This document shows positions 11,755 to 25,280 of a DNA stretch of 64,000 bases, piece after piece. The DNA lies in contig OZ241826.1 of NCBI GenBank assembly GCA_965202585.1, positions 35,650,001-35,714,000 of the forward strand, written 5' to 3'. Numbering within the stretch: position 1 is the stretch's first letter; every line of letters starts with the position of its first letter. The DNA is from Thalia democratica. Lineage: Eukaryota. Both the position numbers and the translations under genes were made by a program. The notes below the pieces were generated by a model, which saw only the letters and a program-made list of their open reading frames with translations, ran no database searches and was not told the DNA's origin.

Positions 11755-14700
11755 TTACTTTTTATGCACTTAATATTACAAAGCCATTAACAAAAGTAAC
11801 CTTTTTTGTTTTAAACATGACCAAAATTAATTTAAGTTTAAAGATACACTTGTATCATTATAGTAAATTTTATTATACATATAATACTTTTTTCAGTAGT
11901 GTTTGTTATTAAATGTTTTTATTCAAAAAAAATTAGCTATCTATTATATTATCGTTGTTTCGTAATTACAGCGACAAGCTTTAAAAAATATATAATTGCA
12001 AAATAGCACATGTTTTAGTTTAGTGCAATGAAAGTCTCAAAAAGTATATATATTTGTATAGGAGTAGTTAATAAAGTTAAATTTTGTTTATAAAACACTA
12101 GCAGTTATATCCCACTTTTACTTTTTACACTTTTAAAAACTGCAACCATTTGAAGTGTATTTTGTCAGTACCTGTTATTTAGATAATTTATTTATGAAAT
12201 AAAATTTATACTTTACTTAAAAAATTATTTGTTCACCATTAATTTTAGTATTAAAAACTAAACTTTTTTTAATTTTATTTTAAAATAATATATAATATTT
12301 ACATACTTATTTTGATAAAGAAACACTTTTCTTTGATAGGTACAATTATTTTTAAACTGTTATCAAAACAAGTATTTATAATGTTTAATGTTAATAGAAA
12401 ACAAGTAAATTAAAAAACAGTCCTTAATACCAAGGTAAATGGTAAAAATACTTGAAATTTAAACACATTTTTCAACTTAGTTTCAAAAATGTAAAAATTT
12501 ATAAAATCTTAATACTACTTGTCAAATACTTATATAAAAAGTTTAAAAGTAAAACATTTGAGATAAAAGCTAAAATGACGATTCATGCAAAAGTATCGCT
12601 TTATTAAGATTGAATTGTTTTTAATTCAATAAAGTGATTGAGCTCTGAACTTTATGTTTGAAGCTTTATTTAATATAAAATTTAATATAAAAACGCTTAG
12701 GAAAGTTTTTTTTTTTTTACTACAAAAAAAGCATTTTTTCTTGGCCTTTGGTCCCATAAATGTCAACATTCGAAAGATTGTTTAGTTTACAACTCACCTA
12801 TTTTTGGATATAAAAATTGTTCTAATTTTAAACTACATAAAAAGAGAACTTTGTTTTTATGAATAATTTTACTCTCAAACTAGAAATATACTTAATTTAG
12901 AACTGTGATTTCAAAAACACTTTACAAATCTACATCTTACTAAACAGGTAAACTGCTAGAAATAAGAAAATTTGCAACAAATGTGTTTTAAAAACTTGAA
13001 ATAAACAAGTTTTAACTAAAAATTGATGATATCAAAATAAAAAAGTGCTCTTACAAGTACTTTGGGTATCTAATCTATAGCTCATATTTTAAATATAGGT
13101 AGGCTACTACGTGTTTAAAAAACACAATTAAGTTTAACAAAAAAGCAAAAACTCACTTTACAAAGCAAAAAGGAAGTTTAAAGACTTTCCAAAAACATTC
13201 TGAATAGAAGTTAAGCATTTCTCGTATTTAACTGAATAGTCACACACTAAGACAACTTAAAAAAATGTTGATTTATTATTTTTTGCTAGCTTAATACGAT
13301 TTAAACTTTTGTGTTAAGCTATTTAGTTTTCTACAACTATATAAACTATATTACAACAGTTTGACATTCACTTAGCTTTTTTAAACTATTTAAAGTGTCT
13401 TTATAAATCATTTGCATTAGTAAAATCAGTAAAAATTAATGAAATTTAGCTTGACTTCTCATTTCTTTTCTTTACTTTTTCATCAACATAAAAAAGACTA
13501 ATAATTTTATTTCTTCAACTGATTACTTATAATAAATGTATTTTACATCAGCAGCAATTATTTAAAAAAAATATAATAATACTTCAGATAAATAAAAATA
13601 TAAAAGGTTTTATTCTCAAAGTGCTCAAGTAAACTTAAACAACACAAAAAAGATTAAGTTAAAAGGTTAAATAAATCACATAAATATTTTTTTGCAGTGT
13701 ATTTTGTATATGATCTGACTATTTTGTTTCAATTTTAGTTAATAACTTAGTTTAAATATTAACGACCAATTATCTTAGTAGTACTGTGCCTTGATTGAAG
13801 TGTAGATGACAGACTTAATACCCTATTATTAATACTAATATCACAAAGCTAATAAATAGTTCTTGAACACTAACACATATGAGATACTTTACTTATACAA
13901 AAAAAAAAGTGTTTACCTTTTTATAGGACTTAAAGCTTCGAAGAAGTTTAATACATACGCTAAAAAGATCAGTTATTAAAAATTTTGAAGTTAAAGGACC
14001 TTATTTGTTCATGTTAAAGGACTTTATTTAAAAAATTGTTCGGTTATCGAGCTACACAGAACATACCAACTGAACAGTATTTTACGTGTATTTTATAAAA
14101 TAATTTATGGTTAAAAAATCAACAACAAATTTGCATTGTAAATGTGTTGATGGACATCAGTCAATTTATTAGTATACATAAAATAAAGAAATAAAACAAA
14201 TATTTTAAGTTGGAAATTACAAATTTTTTAAACAATTTAACGTTTTAAATAAACCACAGCCTTATCAGAATTCTTTATTTAATACAACATTTGATTAAGA
14301 CAACTTTAAGGTTATTAAATGTTTCTCAATCCTAATAATTGCATAATTAGATAATCTATTAGAAAGTATAAAACTAGGCAGATTCAGTAAAAAAAAATTA
14401 TTTTATCTTATTATTTTTTACTGTTACAATTAATTATTATGTAAAATAGTGTATTTAATCTGGATTTTAGTGAATTTTTTTTAAGATAATTATATAAACA
14501 ACGACATAACCAAATAATTAAAATAAAGTACTTTTTTAAAACCTATGAGTTTTTTTAATATCTTCATTAGGTCTACAAAAATTAAGTTATAAAGTTTAGT
14601 TTAACATTTAAAGCCTAAATTATCAGCGTTTTTTCTTCAGAAAATGCAAGCTAACTAAATGTCAATGCACCTACTATTATGCTCGTTCAACTAATGAAAG

Positions 14701-16689
14701 TTGTCGAATTCGTAAAAAGGCAATATTGTAACAGCCAACAGTATGAACAGTGGTCAGTGTTGTGTGAAGTTTAAAGTATTTTTGTTTGCTTAGTATTTTT
14801 ATTTATTTTTAGAAATAGTAGACCATAGTCCGGACTTCTGAGGTCATGAGTGTTATGTTTTAGTTCACACCTATTTATACTTTCAAAAAAACTATGTAGA
14901 CTAAAGTATCTATGTATGTCAAAAACATTTAGTTTGGTTTTCTAAGGTAGTATGGGTAACAGTTGAATCTTTTGAAAATAATTTAAGATTGATTTGTATT
15001 TTTAGAAATGCAAATTAAACTTTTTAAAACTATGTTTTTTTTTATAAATAATTATAAATCTTCAATAATCATACTATTATGTGATTACCCATCAAAAACT
15101 ATACATAAATTGTTTAAAGTTAATTAAATACTTGGTCTATACTACAAGTTAAAAATCAAAATTATGCAATTGTTTATTGAAGCATTTATTTTGCAAGCTA
15201 TTTTAAGCAATACATGCGAATAAAAAGTTAAAAAAGTTTAACAAAATTCCTATTTTTTTTTAAGAATTAGAACACTTAACATTTGTATATGTTTTAATTA
15301 GCAAAAAAAAAAACTTTTACTGCTTTCTCAGAATATTTATGCTGAAGCTTATTTTAGCTTTTTAAATAACATCAAGGTCCACTCATGACTAAAACAAGTT
15401 AGCATCTTAAATTTGGTTTTTTGTACTATTTAAATAAAATACATTACAAAAACTTTGGTTTTCATCTGCTTTCAAATACCATAACACATAACTTTCATAG
15501 TTAAACATAATTTGTAAGCTACATTTTCATTTGAAGTTCAGTTAAATTTAACTAACTAATGATATAAGTTAGGTATAAAAGTATAAAAAGGTCATGGTAT
15601 ATATTTTGCTCAAAGACTTGCTTCCAAACTTTGTTAAATTAAGCTTATTGAAGTTTCAACATTGTATGTTACTTTGTTACTTAAAAAAAATCCTTTAAAG
15701 TTTTTAGCCTCTCCACCTAGTATTAATTTCCTTAAAAGACTTGATTAGCTTACATTTCTAAGGCCATACTTATAATAATAATAGTATTAAGTTATGAAAA
15801 TGTTTTACTATTTGATACAATAAAAAACTTCACACTTTACTTTAATAAAACTGAAAGAATAGCACACTTACTTTAGTATTGCAAAGTTATATGTTTGTTA
15901 CAAAATACTAAAAGTTTAGTTATGTTTGAATATCAAACTTTTTAAACTTTATTTACATAAACTTAAAGGTATGAAAATTTATAAATACACTTACTTACTG
16001 CATAACTTCAACCCTCATATTTCGACTGCTCGATAACTGAGTTTGAAAAAATAGCTAAGTCCTTAACTTTAAATGTATTAAAATCAAACTTTTATGTGTT
16101 TTATGTTTGTGATTTTTTATGATTGAGCTAATTTATTAACTATTGTTAGGTTTATGAAGCATTTTTTGAGGATAAATTTGTTAAAGATGACTTTGTATAT
16201 AAAAAGATGATATAACTCTTTTATGATGCCACATATATTATTTAAAAGGAGATTTTGTATAAGGGTGTAAGTTGTGTTTATCAAAAACATTTAACTCTAA
16301 AAAATTGTGTAATTTGTCATAACTATTTATTTTGATTGAACATTTCATTTTTATGAGCGGTACTTAACTTTGATAAATATATTAAGTTATAGTTATGGTA
16401 GAACATTTGCACAGCATACAAAATTAGGTAAAAAAGAAAGCGCTATAAATTTTTAATTTTTTTACTGACAAAAAACACGCTCAAAATTTTTGTCCTAGGA
16501 CTTAGTGCACGAAGAACCTTTAAGTTATATTTATTTACATAGTTAAATTGTTAAACATTTAACTTACACTTTAAGTTAAGAAAAATAAGTCTAAATAAAA
16601 CTATATCAATCTTGCTTCTGGTCACTACTCAAGTAGTTTATATACTTTTAGCTGTAACAAAGCTGACCACGGAACAGAAACCTTTAAAC

Positions 16690-16935
16690 TAGGGTTTATT
16701 TTTTTTCCAAAAAGCCCCTTTTTAAGGAAATAAAAAAAAGTTATGACCCCTCAGACAAGAATATCAAAAACTAACTATAAATACACTTAAAACATTTTCT
16801 TTTTTTTTTTGCTTTCCACAATCAAATCCAGAATATCTAGTGTGAGTTTTAAATTATGGCCTAATAGCCCTCATGCAGCCCCTGTGCTGCTTATCGCTCC
16901 CAAAGGGGCCATATTGATCACTTTGGAAAACCCTT
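16690..16935 (-). mobile_element. hAT-like MITE, family 1 (reverse orientation)
   Basis: Contains the reverse complement of the family core (ATCCAGAATATCTAGTGTGAGTTT). Ends TAGGGTTT ... TTTGGAAAACCCT. Flanks CTTTAAAC/CTTTAAGT resemble a decayed 8-bp TSD. Confidence 0.55.
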
Positions 16936-17089
16936 CTTTAAGTCTTTATTTTTAAACACTCTCAAAGTTATTCATTATCAATTAGTATACTGTAAGATTT
17001 GAAGGAGTAAAGTTTTACCACATATAAGTCTTATTTTATTGTCCTATTAGTTTTCTAATGTTAAGCTACTTAAAATAAAACTGTAAACT

Positions 17090-17300
17090 CACGATTCCCA
17101 CCACCCAAATCATTTCCCACACGCAATTTTTTTTAATGTTTCTTTTTTCTTTTACTAATATACTCTTGAATTTTTTTTACTATTACTGTAACCTAACCCT
17201 TACACTTCAACGGTATTTTTTTTTATTGTTTCATATATTTTGTTCATTTTTTGTTTGATCTTTTGGTAGTAATTGTGTGCAAGTTGGAACTAAGTGTATC
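17090..17300. mobile_element. Decayed Mutator-like MITE remnant
   Basis: TTCCCAC subterminal repeats and the core TAACCTAACCCTTAC...CGGTA shared with the other family members. Confidence 0.35.
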
Positions 17301-18588
17301 CTAATACCAATTTGTCTAAAAGTACAACTTTTGTTTGTTTTACTTAATGGAACCAAGAAAGCTTTAATATGCTTTTTATGAGATTTTTTGTTAATTAAAT
17401 CTTCTTACTATTATTCATTCAGTTGAAAAATCATAAATTTTAAAACATTAATTAATGCCTAATAGTATCTCAATTTCATTGTTATCTTAAGAGAGAAAAA
17501 AAACTCTTTTTAAGGTGTAACTATTTTAATAACTTAATGATCAAACAAGTTGTTTATAAATTTAATTGTCTTTCCTAATTATAACAAAATAACCGTTAAC
17601 TAATTAAAAAAATATTACTAAAAAGATTTGTGTTTCTGTAATAATTTAAAAATGAGACAAAAAAAATCTGACAGAAATTATAAAGTTTTAATTATTTTTT
17701 AGGATATCTTTATTTAAATAATTTGTTTTAGTAATAGAAACAAGCATCGAATACTTTTTGTTAAATCTTTTTGTAAACATTAATTAGTTTTTTATTCTTT
17801 CTTTTTTGAATAGAAATCGATTAATTTACAATTTAAAAGTGTAACTCCTATATGTTTGATTATTAATTACCATTATAGTTTTTATTTCATTTACTTTATA
17901 ATTTACAGCACTAAACTTGTACTTATGGAATTATAAAAAAATAACTTCTTCAAGTAAAACAATCTAAAAAGTTAAGGCAAATGAATATTTTTTAAAAGAA
18001 ACAAGAAAGCTTATAGGTTTGAACTAATGTAGATTTTAATTTTTGTTAATGATTATAGTAATTTGTTGAGGAAAATTAACTTGTTGTTTACATAAATTAA
18101 TTAATTAAGACTAAAGTAAAACTATAGCATTGTTCTACTTTTTCATATCACATTGAACAAAGAACTTTTACTTAAAACTATCATATTCTTAGATGAATTA
18201 TTTATGATATAACTACAAGTGTGTAAAATAATGTTACAAAATATTGAAAATACTGTTTTTTATTCGGAAAAAAATGAAGCTTAACTTGTTGATTGATTTT
18301 TTCTAGTTTGATAGTTATCATTTCTACAGTTAAGGTATTAAATTGAGTAATTAGTTACTTAAAGTTTTTTTACAGGTTGACAACTGCTTATTATATAAGT
18401 CTGAAACACTAAAATTGTTTTATGTGTGTTTTTAAAGTAATTAACCTGGTCAAAATAAAATAATTTAATGATGAAAGTCCAATTACTTGTGTTTTAACAC
18501 ATTCAATATACAGTTATACAAAATTCATTCAAAAAAAAAAAAGTGTTTCCAAACAAAAAAAATATTTTTTTTTAAACTGGGAACAATA

Positions 18589-19217
18589 GGTAGGGGTCAA
18601 ATATGTACGAATGCTCACCTTTGCACGAAGACGCTTTTGCATGAAAGGAATTTTTTGCTCAAAGACACTTATGCACGAAACGTCTTTTTTATTTTATTTG
18701 ATTTATTATTTTTTTTTTTTTGTTTAATTTCTTTAACAATCTTTTTTTTTTACTTTTACCGTTACCAGTTAAACTTACCCTCGGTGGGTACCCTTTTTCT
18801 TTTTTTTATTTTTTTATTGATATAATATTTTTATATTGAAAGTTATTTTTTGTTAATAATTTTCATAGTTATTATTTTATTTTTATTTTTTATTTACACT
18901 ATCATTTTTATCTTTTCACCCTTAGACGGTAACTTTTATATTATAGTTATTTTTTTTTGTTTTTGTTGTATATTTTCAAAACACTATTTATTACTTTATT
19001 TAATAACATTTATTTTGTTTTTATTATTTTTATTACCTATCACTATTACCACTTACTCTCGGTGAATAAATTTTCCTTTTATTTTTTATTAATTAATATT
19101 TTTTAATTTATTCTTTCTTTTTACATTTTTTCTTTTAGTATAATTATTATTTTTACTCTTGTAAATAAATTTTCCCCTCGTGCAAAGGTGTCCGTCGTGA
19201 GAAAAAAAAACTGTTCC
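18589..19217. mobile_element. Mutator-like MITE (TGCACGA subterminal type)
   Basis: Starts GGTAGGGGTCAAAT with TTTGCACGAAG repeats, has a T-rich interior with the ACCCTCGGTGGGTA core, and ends with inverted TCGTGCAAA. Right end degenerate. Confidence 0.6.
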
Positions 19218-20401
19218 TTGTAGTACCACAACTGAGCTTTAGTTAAAATTAATTATTATTATTAACTAAATCACAAAGCTTTAAATATTTAAACAAAAAA
19301 TATTTTTTAGTAGTTTTTTTTTGAAAAATACTTTGGGTTTGTAATAAAATGTTTAAAAAGCTATTTTACCGTGTAAAAGAAAATTCTTAAATGCTAAAAA
19401 TTGTCTGTAACATATTAAATTGATTCGTTTATGGTAATCATTCTGTTTTTAATTTTCTTTATTGGTGACATAAATAGATTTTCAAATTTAAAAACTAAAA
19501 TTAAGTGTTTTGAAAATTGATTACACATTAAAAATTGCTATTTCAGTAGGCTTTTTTATTTGACAAATTAAAAGTTTGTATTGGTTCTTACCCTTAGTAT
19601 AAATTACAACCAAACCCTGTACAATTTTATATACCATCCCTTATATGTGCATAAAATGTATAGAAAGTTTAAGTTAATGCTAACATACAATAGAATTTTT
19701 GTTTATTTTAGGAGCGCCATTGAAAGTTCTCAAATAGAATTTAAGCTGATTAAAGCAGTTTTTTTTTTAATTTTAGTACATCATTGATCTCTTTAATAAG
19801 TGAATCAAATATTGTACTTTGATATAACTCTTGATTTAATATACTTTAATTCCTGATTTTTCTAAGGTTGTAAATTATAAAATACATAAAAATCAGTTTT
19901 ACTTGTACTTAAATCAAGTTTCATATTTTGTTTTCTTCTCAGATAGTATATATCTAATTATTTATTTAAGGGATAAAATAGTTAAAATTTTATAAATATT
20001 TTATATGTAATAACTTAAACAATTTTTAAATGCAATGCATTAACTTTTAATACTTTTTTGCATTTTTATCTAAGGCTTTTGTATAATGCAGCGGTCATTA
20101 TGATGTGTACTTGTGCAAAAAAGTGTGCACAGAAACCAGTTTGTTGTATACTAGGAATTTGGTAATAAAAAAAGTACATTTTGTAACAGACATTTTTTGT
20201 TTTTCTTATACAAAGGCTTAATGGAAAAATAAATTAATCGTTTTTCAAGCTTTTTTTATAAGTTAAGCCACTCAAAGTAAAAAAGTACATTACTGTTTAT
20301 AGATATACCCTTGATGTTATCACTTACACTTTGAAAAAAATATTGAGCAAAAAGTTCCAGAAATCATATTTAAAAGTGTGGATTGACAGAAGGTTGACCA
20401 A

Positions 20402-21848
20402 TTAAAATATGACATTAAAGGTAGTGTGTGTCATTTGGCTAACTTTTTTTTTTAGGAGTTTGTGATATGTTTGAAAACTTAATGTCAGAAAAAATTGCCC
20501 ATTTTGCTGAAATTTGATTAAGTAGCTTTGCAAATGCACAACTTGAGGAGAATAATTCCCAGTTTTAGAATAAAAACTAGGGGGTAAATTACTTTGTGGG
20601 GAATTTAAGTTAATATGTGAAGTTTTTGGAGGTGGGTGTTTTTGAGTGAAACAAAGCTTTTTTGAACAAAAATTCAAACTATTGGGTGACATCTTGCGGA
20701 GTCAGATAATTTTTTCATCAGCATTAAGCATATTGTGGCTTGTACTATTCTTTTTGAGTATGCATCTAGGTGTTGGTGCTTTTGTTTAACTTATTTTGCT
20801 GATTGGACAACTGAATGTATCAATGGAAAGTCTAAGTTTGTTTCTTTGCTGCTGTTGCAAAACATCACTTTTTTGTTGGCTGCATTTTCTTGTAAAACTT
20901 CTTGTATCTATGACAGTTTTGTTAACACTTTAGCTTGCTTCCCGCAATTGACCTGTTGAACTGGCAGTTCACCCCTTCTTTGGTATGAGAGTTGCTAATT
21001 TTAACACTTTAAATACTTGTCTAAGAAATTTCTAGAATGTCTGTGCTTATAATTGACCTGTTGAACTGGCAGTTTATTTCTTCTTTGGTATGAAAACTGC
21101 TGATTTTGTTTTGTTTATAGAATATATGTCAAAGAAGTTTTTACGATGTCTTTGTTTATAAAGAACTTTTGGTTCGGCAGTTTTTTTTTTTTGATAAGAG
21201 AACTGCTATTTCTTTGTTTCTGAAATACCTGTCAAATAAGTTTTTAGGATGTCCCTGTCTATAAATAACTAACTGGTCCAGTAGTTTATTTCTTCTTTGG
21301 TATGAGAACTGATGAATTTGTTTATTAAAACACTTACCAAAGAAGTTTCTAGAATTTCATCGCCTATAGTTGACCTGTTTGTCTTGCCGTTAATTTTTCT
21401 TTGGTAAAAAAGACTGATTTCGTTTTTGTTTCTTAAAACAATTGCCTTGTTTTACCCCATAACTTTTCTTGCTCATGTATTCATCACAATTAACATCACA
21501 CATATTTTAACTCCTCTGAACCTAGTCATAGGCTACTAGATATCTTATCATTTAAATGCGTTAGTGCTTTGTTTAAAAAGAAACTTTTTCAACTTTTCCT
21601 TGTCTTCTAAATCAGCAAACCACATTCTGACTTTAACGTTGAGGTTTTGGTCAAGAGTGGTAGTTGTTATTTTGGTATTAAGACAAGTTGTAAAACTACA
21701 TTCAATTCCATTAAAAATGCCAGTATGCTTGTAAAGTTTCTATCTTTATGGTCAGTGCATAATTCTAGGTTCACATGTCTTTGTTTGGCCAAAACTCACG
21801 AATCACAAAGCAGTTTTTGGCCTCTTTAAAAATGATATGGTCAGCCAT
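20402..21848 (-). pseudogene. Decayed intronless ORF of unknown family with five ~35-aa repeats
   Basis: GC-richer island. ATG at 21848 (MADHIIFKEAKNCFVIREFWPNKD), followed by protein-like blocks in shifting frames (VKVRMWFADLEDKEKLKKFLF; QFSYQRRNKL repeats; KAPTPRCILKKNS; the 96-aa ORF 20402-20692). Many stops and frameshifts. Confidence 0.45.
20945..21430. repeat. Tandem array of five ~105-bp units
   Basis: TTGACCTGTTGAACTGGCAGTT at 20948 and 21053. TTCTTTGGTA at 20976, 21081, 21293 and 21397 (spacings 105, 212, 104). Confidence 0.85.
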
Positions 21849-24741
21849 ATATTTCTCAAAAAAAAAAGTTGTTTTGAGTCTTAAATAACAAAAGTAAATT
21901 TTGTAATAATTATTTAATTAATTATAAAACTAATTGTTATGTTATATTTTATTATATGAAATTATTGGTTTGCCATCATGGCACTCTTGATATTTCTTGA
22001 GTTAGTAGGTTCTACTACTGATATATCCTGAGTCAGCTAGAAGGTACAATGTTTAAGTCCAATCACCAGTTATGCCTTAGTTAAAGGATTACTTTGTCTT
22101 TTCAAATACAAACTATTATTTGCTGTCAAATATACATATAACTACAGTAATAGTTGTGCTCAATATTGTCTATTCAACAACGCAAAATAAACTTGCTAAT
22201 CTTGTAAAAACTTATAACAATAAACAATCATAAGAAAACATAAATACTCTCTAGCGCCAAATTTACAAAAAAGTGTGATAAGAAATGGAAATCAAAAGTA
22301 ACAAAGGACATTTTGTTACAACTTTGGGTATTTTCTGACTAAAGGTTGCAAACTTTTTATAATTTAAGAGTATAAAAAAAAATAGTTTTTTTTAAATTAA
22401 TAATTGAGTTTTATTTCAATGCAAAGTGATTGTTTTTCTATTGTGTTATTTTATACTTATAACTAATTACTGTGAAATCACAGCAAAGTTTTTGCTGAGT
22501 TATGATATATGGTGCAAAATTGCTTCAATATTTTTTAAAATAAAAAGAATGAAATAATATTTTTAGTTTGTTTAATGTTTCTGTTTTGAATTTTAGCTCA
22601 TGTAATATAGTTGAAAAATATTTTAAGCTGGTCTCAATTTAATCAATAATGACTTAAAAACAGTAAAACAACTATAGGGTACATTTAACAAATGTATATA
22701 AGTTTTATTCATATCTAAAACTAAAATTGTTTAAAAAAAAAGTTATTAATTATTTACCAAACTGTTTGATTTTTTCGTCATGCTGTATGTTATAAACATT
22801 TAAACAATCTAAATGATTAAATACTGACTAGCTAGAAAAACTAAAATCCTAGATAAATCCCAAATTTAACAATTTAGGTAATAAAAACCTAAAATTCCAA
22901 ACATAATTTACTATAAGATCTAGAAAAACCTTGAATTGTTAAGATTTTATATAATAAGTATTTATCAATTTTGTTATATAACAGAGTATCATAAAATAAA
23001 TGACAAAACACATTTAAAATAGCTTAACAGTATCTTTTTAAACTTACTTCACTATTTAAGACGTGTTTTACTTTAAAGTTGTATTCAAAATGAATCAAAA
23101 CATTTGTTCTTAAAAGAATCGTTAGAAAGTTAGAAAAAATAGAAAAAAAATTTAAAACTTTTAGCAGCCCGGTAAATAAATGATTTTTTTTTCTTTACAG
23201 CATTTTTTTCGAGGTTGTGAAATATTTTATTTGTAATAAACTAAGTACAGTTTTTAATAAAAAAATACACTCAATACTTCGATTACTATATTTTTGGTTG
23301 TAAAACTGTAAACTATTAGAAACCAAAAATTTGATAATCATTAGAAAATTTTTATTTGTTTTGTAAATTTGTTTGTAACATAGCATAAACACAGTTTTGC
23401 TTTTAAAACTACATTTCAAATAAATTTATTTAAAACAAAAGTCAATAAAATATCTTTAACTCGATTTATTTAAAAAATATATTTCAGCTTATTTAAAAAA
23501 AACATATTAAGTAATCGAGATAAACGAAGATAAAGAGCTGCAGGTGTAGACATCGGAACAATCAGTCAACAACAATGTGTTTCTCCTCTCAACTCAAGGC
23601 TTCTTTGAGTTTAGCGGTTAAAAGTTCTATGTTGTTTTGCACTTATTTCTTCAAAACTGGAAGGTGTAAGTATAAGAAAGCATAGCATTTACGACCGCTT
23701 GATTATCAAAACCTCAAAAGTCACAACCCTGCTCACATTAACTACAAAGTGAATATTTACAAAGGTTTGATTAGAGGTTAAACTTTGTTATTCTGTAAGT
23801 CTCTTAATGTATTTCTTTTCTAGAAGAAAAATGACGAACACATGAAACAGTATTGTAAAAACATGAAACTAGTAAATTAAATTACAAATTTCAACAATAA
23901 AACATCACTATACATACAAAATAAATACTTTGAATTATTTATTTTGAAATTGTTTACTTAAAGGAGCTAAAAGTGAGAAATTATTCATAATGGTTTTATT
24001 GCTTTGATATTTAAATTAATTCAAAATAAAATGTTCCTTACCGTTTTCAAGTATTTAACTATTTAAAAAATTCTTTTAAACATTTGATTTTTTAGTTTTT
24101 ATACTTCAAAAAGCTAAAGATATACTTCAGCAAACTATTTTAAGCTGCATGGTTTTAACCACAAAAATAAGTTCAATGATTTGAATAAAAAACTTTTTTT
24201 TATTTTTATGAATTTTTTTATTAAGAACAGTTATAAAAAAATAATTTAATGTTTTTTTTTTAAGGTTTTAACATCTTTAACCATTAGTTAGTTGTTCATA
24301 CTTGGTTAAAAAACTTAAGTTCATAATACTTCATATAAGAATAAAAACTTCATATCTAAGACTTCTGCATTACCAATAATCAATTATCTTTAAAACAACT
24401 ATTTATTTTATCATAACATTTTTAGTTTATAGTAGAAGGAAAACTACTTATTATTGTATATATAAAGCTTTGTTAAATAGAGGCACTTATGTAAGCTTTT
24501 ATTAATTGTTTTTGAAAAGTCTGTATATGAAATTCTTTTTAATCCCTTACATAGGTTAAACAATGATAAAAATTAAAACACTATGCTTTATGTTTTTGTG
24601 TTTTTAAATTGGTTAAAACGTTAACGTTGTAGTAACTAAAAGTTGTTTAATTACAGAGTATTGTAATAATAACAAAAATGTTTTTAATAAAAAAAAAAAA
24701 TTTTACTTACAAAACAGTTATAATTAGATTTTTTCATAATC

Positions 24742-24800
24742 TATAGGAATTTGCATCAAACAATGTTTCCTTCAAACATTGCGTGATGCAAATTCTTATA
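24742..24800. other. 59-nt hairpin (long stem, 5-nt loop)
   Basis: TATAGGAATTTGCATCA-AA-CAATGTTT-CCTTC-AAACATTG-CG-TGATGCAAATTCTTATA: 17 bp (one G-U) plus 8 bp, separated by a 2x2 mismatch. Confidence 0.75.
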
Positions 24801-25280
24801 TCTGTTTACTTATTTTTGATAAGAATATTTTTCTCTAACAATTACATATAAAAATAATTAAATTTAAATATTTTGTTTTGGTTTGGTTCTTATTAAAATA
24901 ATTATTTGTAAATATAAACAGTTAAAACAACAAAACAGCTATCTAAATATTATGAAATAAGTTTTAATTAATTTTTTTTTTTAATTGCATACAAAACTAT
25001 TTACATTGTAGTAACAAGTGAAGTTGCTACTTAAATATACTTTGTTTACTTTAAAAAATTGTATGTTGGATTAAAAAATATTCACTACTTTGAGACAGCT
25101 CATATCAACGCTTTGAATATTTGTTTAATTTTGGCATATAAATTTTTTTTTTTCAATATTTATACTAATACTATAATTTTTATTTTTATTTTATGCATAA
25201 CTAACAATATTTTGTTTCAGAATTATAAAAAATAATATTATAATTAAAACAGGAAATTAATACTCTTTCTATAAATATAA

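Larger units (their letters stand above)
4775..14830 (+). repeat. Copy A of a ~6-kb duplicated non-coding segment (interrupted by the RTE LINE and a MITE)
   Basis: Colinear exact anchors shared with 49655-56210: TGTGTTATTTTAATAAGACATCGTT (4821/49702), TTAGTTTGGGTTAAGTTGACTACT (10973/51870), GTTTAGTTTACAACTCACCTA (12780/53395), GTCGAATTCGTAAAAAGGCAAT (14703/56111). Boundaries approximate. Confidence 0.88.
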
